This document shows, piece after piece, positions 50,126 through 61,765 of a stretch of DNA of 64,000 bases. The stretch spans positions 1,894,081 to 1,958,080 of the forward strand of contig OZ287696.1 in assembly GCA_965649825.1 (NCBI GenBank), written 5' to 3'. The stretch comes from Penicillus capitatus. Taxonomy: Eukaryota > Plantae > Chlorophyta. The notes beneath the pieces are model-generated. The model was not told the origin of the DNA, did no database searches, and saw nothing but the letters and a program-made list of their open reading frames with translations. Each line of letters begins with the position of its first letter. Within the stretch, counting starts at the first letter, position 1. The translations under genes and the position numbers were made by a program.

Positions 50126-51356
50126 TTATGTTCGTTCTTCTCGAAGAGAAGAATCCGATTCCCCACGTTGTAAAGCTTTCTTCCACATTTGCCGTCCTGT
50201 TTCGATATCTACCGGCCCCGTCGTTGCATTTGGCATCCCGATGTCCTCCAAAGCGTCCTCTCCAGGGAGCAACAGAACTGGATGAAACGGATCCTTTTGG
50301 TTGGAACCTTCGAGAACGCTGTGAAAAGAGTGAGAATCACGATGGCGGTTCAAGCGATAGGTGTGACGCACAGTTTCTTCTCGAGTCCGTGAAAGACAAG
50401 ATGATGCAGTAAGCGATGAAAGGATGCCGACGGAGAGAGTGGCGACGACGGTACGGCGTCGTTGGGAAGAGATGTTTGACGCACGTGTTCAGTGCAGATG
50501 AGATGGGCACCGTGAATGTGTGCCAGAAAGCGAAGGCCTCGGAGCACCATCTGCCGAGATTGATACATTGAGAGATCCATTTTCGATCAGGCAGCATACT
50601 TTCTGCGTCGCGAGAGAGTGCGTCTTTAACGCGTCGTACTTTGTGGCCGCGATGACAATTGCGATGCCACTGTGGTCGATCACATCCCTGTCTGCGTGTT
50701 TGGCAAATGCCAGTTTGCGCGAACGAGCGATGAGCTGTTCGGGTAACTTGGACCTACGGGAACGCAGCTTCGCAAAAGTGGCGTCTTTTCTGTGGCGTAT
50801 CATCTCCATCCAGTAACTGCAGCTTTCTAAGGCGCGGCATGGTTGGGAAAGATCGACGACGATCACGGCGACTGCTGTCGTCACCTGACAGCGCTCTTCT
50901 GCGAGAAAAGCGGTCTGAAAGAGCAGTCTACATGTTTGGATGCGAGGAAGAGGTTTTCAACACGGCACAGTTGCGTCGTGAGCTCCCGCGATCCGCTGAA
51001 CTCCCACAGATGGGCGATGTCTTGTCGGTCGACAGGAACGTCTCGCCGACGACTTCTCGCAAATGCGTAGTTAGCGCCTTTGAAATGGAGTTTCGGCACT
51101 GGACTCTGTACATAAAAAAGTGTGAGAACTGAGCAAAGAACAGGCAAAAAGAGTGACCTTACAACCTTGCAGAAATCGTTGCAGCAGCGTCGTCTTTCCG
51201 CTATGCGCATCACCCACGAAATACACATAGCTCTCGCGTCGCATTGCTGTGCCGAACATCATTGGTCGCGTTCGAGGCAACAAGAAACACACAACCATTG
51301 GCTTTGCCTTTTGTTCCGCCGGTGACCATGTCTCTGATCCACGGATGCGTCATCAT
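50126..51356 (-). CDS. DYNC2LI1: Cytoplasmic dynein-2 light intermediate chain (D1bLIC); 3' end approximate
   Basis: YVYFVGDAHSGKTTLLQRF (P-loop-like), DIAHLWEFSG, AVIVVDLSQP, LPEQLIAR...HADRDVIDHSGIAIVIAATKYD, RGLRFLAHIHGAHL. Confidence 0.88.
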
Positions 51357-51434
51357 TCTCCACCCCTTACTAAATGACAAACAAATGGCGGCGCTTTTGC
51401 ATTGCGCATCGCCCTTCCGAGCATTTTGTTCGTC

Positions 51435-52710
51435 ATGTCTGGAGCGCGTCCGACGGTCAGTGTTTACGATCTTAAAGGCAACGCCGTAGATCAAATGGCG
51501 TTGCCTGCCGTCTTTACGGCGCCGATTCGCACCGATATCGTGCAGTTCGTGCATTCGATCCAGAGACTCAATATGCGTCAGGCGCACTCGGTGAATTCCA
51601 AAGCGGGACACCAGACGAGTGCTGAGTCGTGGGGAACGGGTCGTGCCGTTTCGCGTATCCCTCGTGTTCCCGGAGGAGGAACACACCGTGCAGGGCAGGG
51701 TGCCTTTGGCAATATGTGCCGTGGTGGACACATGTTCGCCCCGACCCATCCTTGGCGCAAATGGCACAAAAAGACGAATAAAAAACTGCGTCGCTTCGCC
51801 CTAGCTTCCGCTATCGCCGCCTCCGCTTTGCCTGCTATTGTCATGTCGCGTGGGCATCAGATTTCAAACGCCCCCGAAATTCCACTCATTGTTGAAGACG
51901 GCATTGAGAGCTTGACGAAAACGAAGACCGTTGTCGAGGTGCTCAAATCTCTGGGTGCATTTGAGGACGTCGAGAGATCCAAGAATTCGAAGCATCTGCG
52001 TCCGGGCAAAGGAAAACACCGCAATGGCAAATGGATCTTCAAAAAAGGACCCTTGATCATCTACGGCCAAGACGGCGGCATTGCAGCCGCATGTCGCAAG
52101 CTTTCGGGGGTCTCGAGCCGAAAAGTCACTCAGTTGGATGTCAAACAAGTAGCGTCTCGTCTGACTTATCATGATGTGACGTGCGCCGCAGTTGGCACCA
52201 GGTGGTCAAGTCGGAAGGTTCGTTATCTGGACGAAAAGCGCATTCGAAGAACTGCATCGTATTTTTGGTGAGCCTCGGCAAAGTGCGGTTCGATGCAGAG
52301 GACTGTGCCGTTTAGGAACAAAAACCGAGACAGCGGAGTTGAAGAAAGGATTCTTGGTTCCCAGTCCCTGTGTCAAGACGGCGGACATGACGCGCATTAT
52401 TCGTTCCGAAGAGGTGCAGGATGTCGTGCGCCCACCCAAGAAAGACTTTACCGCCAAAGCCACGCGCTGCAAGCCAAATCCTCTGCACAACGTCCAAGCC
52501 CTCGAATTGCTCAATCCCTATGCCGCCGCCAAACGCAAAGAGGCGAATGAAGCAGCAGCGCGTCAGGTGAAGAAGGAACGCAAGAAGAAGAAGGTCGATA
52601 AGGAACTGCAGACGGCAAACCGTCTTTTCCGACAAGTGCTCCAGAAGGAGTCGGATTATCAGGGCGAAGATTACGATCAGTTTTCAAAGTGGCTTGGCAT
52701 TACGCAATGA
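51435..52710 (+). CDS. RPL4: 60S ribosomal protein L4 (uL4)
   Basis: ARPTVSVY, LPAVFTAPIRTDIVQFVH, AGHQTSAESWGTGRAVSRIPRVPGGGTHRAGQGAFGNMCRGG, LAPGGQVGRFVIWTKSAF; one 43-nt intron. Confidence 0.98.
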
Positions 52711-53012
52711 TACTCATGAGCGACAGATGGATGGATGGACTGCGTTACGTATATGCGTGTCATCCATCGGAATATGCGGCCAACGAGCCGTCGAATATTC
52801 GAACGCTGTCTGAGCTACTGCCCATCGTTACGCTGTCTTTGCTTCGTCTTTTCGGATCCGCGTCGCCCGCGATAAAGTAACCGCCTCGAGACGCTCCGGC
52901 CATCGACCACGCGCTTTCCCTGTCCCTATCCTGCCGGTCCTTCTCGCGTCGTGCCTCCTTCAGAAGTGCGCGCGCTGCGTGAGTCCTCGTGTGAGGATAT
53001 GCTGAGGGAGGT

Positions 53013-54512
53013 ATGAGTTGTCGTCTTTCTCCGAGAACTGAAGAAGAACAACAAGAGAATAATACTCAGTGTTTCAGCGGTCTGTTGGACGCAGACTCCG
53101 TTTCCAATCTCACATTCTGGCAGGACGATTTTGACCTACCTGTCAATACTTTACCATTTAACTGCGATACAAACGACCAACAATCGTTCATGAGCACCGG
53201 CAGGAACGACATACCACCGCCACTCGATAGATCAGGCACACAAACTGTAAAGCCAAACATTGAGCTTGGAAACGAGCTCAAACAGGTGGAGATTCATCCA
53301 GAGAGCAAATATGAGAGCACCGTATGTCATGTCTCAGAAATCGCCCTGGCGCAGATGCGTGTGTGTTTTGTAGCTTGATATGTTGAATCCAGCAGCAACC
53401 ATTGCTGGACACGACTTCGAATCGACAACCGTACACATGGCACCCGCCAATATGTACATCCAACATCACGGACTGTGTCATACATTTCCTATGATGCGTA
53501 CGCCATTTCTGACTCCGTGGAGCGGAAGTTTACGAAAGGGTGGTTGATGCTGGTCTAGATGGAATGTCATGTGATCCACGTGAGAATCCCTTTATGGCCA
53601 CAACGCATGTCGTGCCGGCCGCGCATGTGGGACACAGATCCATGACTTCAGGAGTGTCACACAAACAACGACTGAGATGGACCCCTGAACTTCATGCTCT
53701 GTTTGTGGATGCCGTCAAGAGTCTGGGAGGAGCACGAAAGGCCACACCCAAAGGTCTCTCTCGTTGAGTTTGTGTCACTGACCGATCGCGTGTGACGTTT
53801 GCGGTTTCCAGGGATTCTCAAATTAATGAAGATCGACGGCCTGACGATCTTTCACGTAAAGAGTCATCTGCAAAAATACCGTTTAACACCCATGTCAGAA
53901 CCAGATATAAGTTCGCAAGGAAGCGCCAATCCTCTCAATGTACCCATCTCTACCGTTGAGTATCTTCTGTGAGAGCTGTGGGCAGTTTGTCAATGTTTTG
54001 GACGGATTGGATGACCCTCCTCTGAAAATGCCCTCTTTACAGGCATCCACTTCAGAGGGGTTGATGAGTGGTCATGCGACGAAAAAGAGAAAAACAGAAT
54101 CGGGAGAAGAAGATTTGGTGCCGTCCTTGGATGCCGAGATGCTGCAGCATGCAAAGGGTCGTCGACAGAAACTGGAGGAAGCCTTAATTCTGCAAATGCG
54201 AGCTCAGAGACACCTCCAAGATCAGCTCGAAGTACATCCCTCTTTTCGATCACTCTCTCTAAAACGACGAGGCCTGTTCAGTCTCAAAGAAAGCTGCAAC
54301 AGTGCTTAGACGCCCATGCACGTTATATTACAAGTTTGGCGAAGCAAGTGGGTCTCGAGACGAAGTATCCAGAACTTGGAAGTGGCGAAGTGGAGAGTAA
54401 CGATTTCACAGAAACACATAATGGTGATACTGGTGGATCGCCAGATCATCCAACGACTGGCGAATCTGATTCCAAAGGCACAGTCACGCATCTCACTGTT
54501 CGACGGACATGA
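53013..54512 (+). CDS. GARP MYB-CC transcription factor (PHR1/PSR1 family)
   Basis: KQRLRWTPELHALFVDAVKSLGGARKATPK|GILKLMKIDGLTIFHVKSHLQKYRL (SHLQKY MYB); coiled coil EALILQMRAQRHLQDQLE|SQRKLQQCLDAHARY. Confidence 0.9.
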
Positions 54513-54849
54513 GTGTCACAGAGGTCGGAGGAGAAGACGATGAGAAAGCGTCTGTACCATCCGTACTCAACAAGAAACCGCAACACCCTCCTCGGGATCC
54601 TACCTGAATTCTTGCTAGAGCGTTAAAAAATTGGTATCTATGATATCACTGTTCTTGTTGTTGTGCGTGCGCATTCTTTGTCTGTGCGTGAAGCAGTCAG
54701 ACTTTAATTTTACTTTGCAGACCAAGTACTGAGAGATTTCTCGAATACCACAAGGAGTCATTATGAATGATGTCGGTTCAATGGTAAAGGCTGTCAATGC
54801 AATGCAGTTTTTCCGGGAATCTAGAAATGGAGACCGGGGAGACAAAAAC

Positions 54850-56454
54850 TCAGTGTATAATGAATTGGGATCCCAAGAGTCGATGCTCTCCTGTCTGCTG
54901 AGCCTTACCATCGACATCCGATAGCAAACCTCAAAACACACACACACTTCAACATCACACCTGTGTGCCAATGCATAACCAGAAAGCGTGTACTGATAGA
55001 GCTTCCCATCGGATGACGCAATGTACAGTACCATCTAAGAGCAGATGTGTGAGATATGTGTGACCTCTAAAGATCGATTCTACCGTATCTGATACAGTCC
55101 CTGTGCCATCCTCCGTCGTATAGGGAATGAGAGATGAGAAACAGCATGTCAAGAAAGTGACATGCGGCACCGAAATCGAAATCACACTTCGAATGGCCTC
55201 CACCTAACACGTCCATTCTCACTCTTGCCCAAATAAACATGTCTTGTCAGTGACGACCAGGTTATCAAGGGGTAAAGACGTCACAGCTGTCAACATACCC
55301 ACAGCAGCAGAGGCGAACGTCGACAGCACCGTCCTGCACAACTGAGTGAACATAGGCATGTCGCTTGCTGACTTGACCTTGTCAGGTGACTCGTGGTGAG
55401 TTTAAATACGTGGACAGTCCCATGACTGCCCACAGCCGCCAACAGTCGTGGATTGCACTCTTCAGGAGTGAATGCGATGCTCAGAATGGATGCCTGAATG
55501 GTGCCTCGTCTCAGCGTGAAGAGCCTCTCTCCGTCGGGGATCGAGAAAACGTGAATTAATGTGCCTTTCTCCGAAGCTGTCGCCATCATCGACGATTCAT
55601 CATTCAATGCCACAATCGACTGAAACATACCACTCTCCGCAACAGCATGCCACGGAAAGGGCATTAGATCACCAATGGGGATTTGTGAGCGTCGATCTCG
55701 ATACGTAGATTGCCGCCGTCTGTCAAAACATCGAACAGACGAACCGATCCCGTTTCGGTAGAAGCTGGCAGAGCCAAGTAGGATGGCCATTCTCCTGCAG
55801 ACAACGCACAAATCCCCTGCCAGTCACATCATCATCCATCAAATGTCCATCCTCCGACTAAGCACACTTCTGGATTCGGCGGCGTCTCGATGACACGGAG
55901 CTTCTGTAGATTCTCGATTTCAGACACAATTGCCTGCGTCTCCAACAGCACCACCAGTCTAGAACAGCAGCAGCATGGTCATAGACGGACTGTCCATGGA
56001 CATCCCATTTCGACCGTTTCTTGTTCATCTTGACAGCAACGATGGAGGATCGAAACATAGAACTCTTGATGACGGACATGGACTGGGTATTCATCAGAAT
56101 GAGTTTTCTTGGACTCAAATGCGGCTGTTCTCCTAATACAGCTGTCACATCATCAGAGTTCCTCCTCTCTTATGTCGCACCTGCACCCACGTAGGCCAGA
56201 AGACTCGTGCAGTAGAGCATCTCGACGATTCTGTGTCGACCACATGTTAGTTGTCTCTTGGAATGGGTGTCTCACTTCACAGCGCCATAGTCTTCACTGA
56301 AGAGTGTGCGTCCCTGTTCGATGTTGAAGATGCGAATTCCGTGCAAGGACCCTACGGCGATGCACGTGGCGTCCTGGTTCACGCTGAGGGACAGAACGCC
56401 AGCATCGTTCACGGTGGTACGTGGGACTCTGCGCATCATCGTCGCACATTGCAT
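54850..56454 (-). CDS. ATG18: Autophagy protein ATG18 / WIPI PROPPIN beta-propeller
   Basis: LSVNQDATCIAVG, GEQPHLSPRKL, IVAVKMNKKR, ALNDESSMMATASEKGTLIHVF, FTLRRGT, GSHGTVHVFKL. Confidence 0.88.
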
Positions 56455-56483
56455 CCATCATTCGCGTTGCTTTTTGGCCCGAT

Positions 56484-57333
56484 ATGCGCGTCGCTGCCTC
56501 ACCGTTGTGTCGTCTGTTGCGTTCGGCAAAAGGGGAGACGACAACAGGATGGAGTGCCTTACTCGCACGCGGTTTTAAGAGAGAATCCCTTGCCGATATC
56601 GAAACGCTACCACTCGAAAAAGAGCCATACTGCCGACAGCGAACGGAACTCGTCCTCGGCGACCGCGTTCCCGTTCTCGCACCGGACGCCTTTGTGGCTC
56701 CCAGTGCCGTTCTCGTCGGTGACGTCGACGTCTACAACAGAGTACACACCAACCGACACGGCATCGTATTCGACAGTCGTCGATCTTGTAGGTCTCCATC
56801 TGGGATGGTTGTGTGCTGCGTGGTGATTTGAATCGTATCCGTGTTATGCATTTTTCGAACATACAAGACCGAACAGTCATTCACGCTGCACGGAGTTCGC
56901 CAACAGGACTGTCCGCAGCAACGACCATAGGCGAGTATGTCACCGTGGGGCCTGGATGTGTGATTCGCTCGTGCAAAATTGGCGATCGGTGTATCATTGG
57001 TGAGCGATCGGTATTGATGGAGGGATCCGTCATCGAGAAGGATGTTATCCTCGAAGCAGGGACAGTGCTACCGCCAGGAAAATACATTCCATCTGGCGAG
57101 GTATGGGGCGGCAATCCTGCACGCTTCATCCGTAAATGTACCAACGATGAAGTGTGTTTGTTCTCTTGTGGCAACATCCACGCCACGGTCGCATGCATTT
57201 CTAGATCGACGACATTGTTCCCACTGCAGAGAAGGCTTTCGAACTCAACTATCGTCACAATTTGGAGTATCTTCCGCATGGAACGGCATGGAGAAAGGCA
57301 CAAAAGCTGCGCGAAGAGGTGGGCATGGTATGA
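56484..57333 (+). CDS. Gamma carbonic anhydrase-like (CAL) subunit of mitochondrial complex I
   Basis: YCRQRTELVLGDRVPVLAPDAFVAPSAVLVGDV, LRGDLNRI, SNIQDRTVIHAARSSPTGLSAATTIG, hexapeptide repeats, GEVWGGNPARFIRK; the Zn-ligand His set is incomplete, as expected for CAL. Confidence 0.9.
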
Positions 57334-57485
57334 GTGAGGACACAAGATCTATATCCCTATCTCGTCAGTGCTTTTGGGGAGATGTCAGTGTTGTTGTATT
57401 CTACTCTTGTGGAACGCACGGTCGTTGCTGTCTCTTTGGATGTAAGACGAGATGGAACCATTCTGTTGTGACGTTCTTCTGCGAC

Positions 57486-58292
57486 ATGTTTCGTCGTGGC
57501 GGTCAGACAACGGCGATCAACACTGCGACGCATCGCATCTTACAGACGGCATTTCCTGGTCAATCGACCCACGCTGATATGCAGATCCTACACAACGTGC
57601 TGATGCGTAGACGGGACGCAATTGCACGAGGAATACGCACTCGCCAGTCAAAGAATTGAATGTCTATCTCTTTGTGCCGAAAAAGAAACTCGACTGAGTG
57701 TATCTAGTGCGAAAGATTCGCAGAAAGACGGCTCTAGGAAAGGAGCTTGAGTGGGAATACCTTTATGGCGCGGCGCCGCGTTCTGATGGCGAAGACGTTC
57801 GGGAGAACGCCAACAATGTGAGGTCATCGTCTGTCCCGAATTTCTTTCTGTCAAACGATGTGCAGCCTGTGTGCGTTCGCGAAGACGGACCGCGTCATTT
57901 TCGGTGGCGTATTCGCCAACTTTGGTACTCTGCTGATGTCTTCTCCGTTTCGATCGACCACAAGGAGCAATGCATTATCATCCGCACCTCAAATCACAAG
58001 TCCAAGAAAACACGCAACACAACCTTAGGACCACATCCGTCCTTAGGTACTACAAACGCCTGACGCTGCCCGAAATGAAGATCTGTGAAATCCCACTCGA
58101 CGAAGCGTCTCTCTCGTGGAAATATGAGATGTCGACACTCTTGGTCTCCTACAAAAAACCTGTTCGTGTTCTCGAAGAAGTCGGCATCGATGTCGTGTGA
58201 CAGATTTCGTATGACTGGCTCCGTAGGAAGCGCGTGACAAAGCAGAGGTGAAGCGCGAGTTGCAACAGGACGTCGATTGCAGACAGCAGTAG
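57486..58292 (+). CDS. DPCD: DPCD (deleted in primary ciliary dyskinesia) homolog
   Basis: LVRKIRRKTALG, FRWRIRQLWYSADVFSVSIDHKEQCIIIRTSNHK|YYKRLTLPEM, LSWKYEMSTLLVSYKKP, terminal DCRQQ. Confidence 0.88.
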
Positions 58293-58393
58293 TTTACGAA
58301 ATGCATGAGATGACGGCCATTTTGCTGGGTTGACATCTAAACTGTACCGTCGTTTCATGTCGACTGTGTGTGCATCACGTCGCGTCTTCTCCA

Positions 58394-60086
58394 ATGGATC
58401 GTCTAAGTTTCTCCTCTGACCACGTCAACTATCTCATCTTACGTTACCTCCAAGAAAGCCGTGCGTTTGTTCTATTCTTGTGTCCTTCCATGCTTCACGA
58501 TGGATGGCTGTGAAAGGATTTCTCCATTCGGCATTTACCTTTGCACATGAATGCAATCTCGGTCGAGATGCATTTGAGCCTGGTGAAGTGCCACCCGGTG
58601 CTCTTATCCATATCATACAAAAAGGCTTGCAGTTTATTGAAATGGAGGCAAATGTCTCGAAGGTCGTCATGCTTTTGGTTTGTTTTGTCTCCCGCTGATT
58701 ACATGCGATGCAGGAAGGCGGGGCATTGACGGAATCTTATACCTTCATTGATTCCAAGGAGCTCATGACGAAGAACATCGATGAACTGCGGCATACCGTG
58801 CAGCAGCAGAAGAAGGAGCACATCGGCAACGGTGTCATGCATCAGGACGTTATGCCATCTCTGCAGGAAACCCATCCGGAAGGCGCTACAGAGATGAACG
58901 ATGTCGAGCAGATCTCCCCAGAGAAAATCATCTCCCTCAGGGGACACACGGCAGAGGTCTTCATCTGCTCCTGGAGTCCCACAGAAGACGTTCTGGCCTC
59001 AGGGTTGATCGTCTACATCCGAGAGCAGAGTCATGGACGTGTTGTTTTTAGGTCTGAGGATGCGTCGGCGCGAATCTGGTTTATGAACGATGGAAGGGAT
59101 GCATCCAATGGTCACAGTAATATCGTCCTGCGTCACTTTGGAGAAGCAGGGGCGTCCAGTAAGAGCAAAGATGTCACATCCATGGAATGGAGCCCAGACG
59201 GATCGATGCTCGCCACGGGATCGTACGATGGCCTCGGTCGTATCTGGTCTAAAACAGGGGAGCTTCTCTCGACGTTTGATTATCATCAAGGACCGATCTT
59301 CTCATTGAAATGGAACAGCAATGGGACAGCACTCTTAAGTGGAGGCGTCGACAAAAGGGTCTTTGTGTGGAATGCCATGACGGGCGATGTCATCCAACGG
59401 TTTGAATGTCACACAGGTAATGCACACTCTCTGTCTTGCAGGGCATCCCCTTGTGCTGTTCTTTAGCGGCAGTCTTGGATGTGGATTGGAAAAATCTCAC
59501 AACCTTTGCAACCTGTTCGACAGACAACGGCATTTTTGTCTGTCAGCTTGGGCAGGATCATCCCATCAAAGCGTTTCGAGGACATGGGAACGAAGTAAAT
59601 GCCGTCAAATGGGATCCACAGGGACGTCTCTTAGCTTCCTGTTCAGATGATACCACGGCTCGCATCTGGAGCATAGAACAAGAAATCCCAGTTCTGATTC
59701 TCAGGGGCCACACAAAAGAAATCTATTCAGTTAAATGGCGTCCCAATGGAAGGATGGAGGACAACGGGCAGCTGTCCCAGTACTTAGCTACAGCATCTTT
59801 TGATGCAACCGTAAAAATCTGGGACATCGAGACAGGACACTGTAGACATAACTTAGAAAGCCATTCCATGTCGGTCTACTCAATGGCCTTCAGCCCAGAT
59901 GGACAGTTCTTAGCGAGTGGGTCATTTGATAAAAGCATCTTGATATGGAATGTTGCCGACGGTCGTCTGATTAAGCGATTTGTTGGAAAAGGGGGTATCT
60001 ATGAAGTTTGCTGGAACAGGAATGGTACACGTGTTGCTGCATGTAGCAATAACAAACTCGTGACAGTCCTGGATTTGCGTATGTGA
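58394..60086 (+). CDS. HOS15: LisH + WD40 corepressor TBL1/HOS15-like
   Basis: [18 protein letters not shown]|[84 protein letters not shown]...TVLDLRM. Confidence 0.92.
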
Positions 60087-60507
60087 AAAACGACTCTTTA
60101 ATGTTCTTTTAACCAAGTAGTTGGCAACACAAGTCATCAGAAATGCTTCGGCAAAGCACTTGCCATATAAGAAACGGAATGCGATGCAACCCAAGGGGAA
60201 CTCAAACCGATCGGCGAGTTCGGCGGCGCGCCAAGAAAGAAGGCTCTTTTCCGCGGATCTGGGCGCAAGAAGACTCCCTGTCTTGGAGGAGTGATCCGAC
60301 ACTGTTGAGCTAGCAAGGTTCTTCGGCCCTTCTCTTGGCCTACCTTCCTTAAACAAGGTCGCAACCGACGAGGCACGACGAGACGCAAACGAGGTACGCG
60401 TGGAAGCCTCCTTTCTACATGAGAAGCTCACCGAAAGCAAACCGCCTTAGCAGAGACAAAAAAAACATTCTATTCGGGCACCTGAGTTGGTGTCTATTTT
60501 TTGATCA

Positions 60508-60807
60508 TTGACTAAAGAGGTGAAGGGAATGCATAGAGAAATTCGAGAAAATTATGAGAGGACCACAGAGGCAATGGCGAAAAAACTAGCAGAGAGACGA
60601 CGAAGCGAGAAGACATTGCGCCAAATGAAGCGCGTGTTGTACGACATCGGGCGGTATCCGCGAAGACGAAGAACGAAGGAAGCCGACACGACAGAAGATG
60701 GCACGCGGTCCATCAAGCGCGGTCGGGTCTGCTACATCTGCAGGTGCAAAGGACACCTGGCCAAGGACTGTCTAAAGAAGCCGGCGGCTGCTACGGTTGC
60801 GTCATAG
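60508..60807 (+). CDS. Small basic protein with a CCHC zinc knuckle
   Basis: CYICRCKGHLAKDC equals CX2CX4HX4C, preceded by an R/K/E-rich helix. May be part of a larger gene. Confidence 0.45.
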   Translation: MTKEVKGMHREIRENYERTTEAMAKKLAERRRSEKTLRQMKRVLYDIGRYPRRRRTKEADTTEDGTRSIKRGRVCYICRCKGHLAKDCLKKPAAATVAS

Positions 60808-61765
60808 AATCCGATGACATCGGGTATGCAACAAAGAGCGGGGGAATCGAATGCAGAAGCATCATCATCCTCGGCAGGTTGGGACATCTTCCCGGCTTTG
60901 AGACGATTCACCTCGGGCATCGATCGAAGACATCAGAAGCATTTTTTCGGGAGGTTTACTTGTTTTCGGAGTTTGGCGGGAAGCGTGGTGTCGCCAAGAT
61001 TTCCTTGTCAATGTGATTGTCTTGCCGCGCAAGGATCAAATGTTGTCAGAGGCGCTAGCTGTCTTGTCATACCGGTTCAATGGGGCCAAAGGGCCGTTTT
61101 TCATGGTGATGGCAGCGTGATGACTCACCTGCCTAGGAAGTCGCGTCATCACGCACGTAATAAATGGACAGTCTGAACCATTCTAGACCTTGCTCTGTAA
61201 ACAAGCAAGTCTTCCGATGTTGAGTTCGTTTAGCGTGGCGCCTCCACGTGACAGACAGTCTTACTCACACGAACTACTCAGCACCTCAGAGTTGGTTTTG
61301 AACTGGCAAAAGCTCTTCGCGGCTGCAGCAGCACGTTCGCTACCCTCAGCATGATTTTCGTATTACAAAGACGAGCGAGGTGTGTTCGCAGACAAAACGA
61401 AAGTGTTTTATATCTTTGCGGGATTCACCGCTCGACCAGGGGGCGCTGAAGACGTCTTGGCAACAGTCACAGGTGAGAGAATGAAACAAGACGACAACTA
61501 GATCTTTAATCCAGAGCAGGCCACACAAAGTTAGTCGGGTACATAGTCCAGGCACGTAGTAAGCGTCACCTTGTCCCAAGCGAGACACATCTTACATTGG
61601 TTCACCTTCCCCGAAATCCGACAGTGTCCAGAGTCGCCTGCATTGAAACTGATCGCTAGTGCAGCGGTCGATGTGTCTGCTTCGTTGTTCAACCGTTCGG
61701 CGATTTTCTTGATGGCCGTCATTTACAGATGCATTGCGTGACAGAATCGCCTCCGCGTGGATGCG

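Noticed and set aside
55500-55530. ATG18 lipid-binding motif reads LRRG, not FRRG
   Set aside because: L/V-RRG variants are common in plant and animal PROPPINs and the two Arg residues are kept.
60732-61722. Possible extra minus-strand multi-exon gene between the zinc knuckle and haspin
   Set aside because: Intron-like segments are present, but I could not build a consistent stop-free model or recognise a domain.
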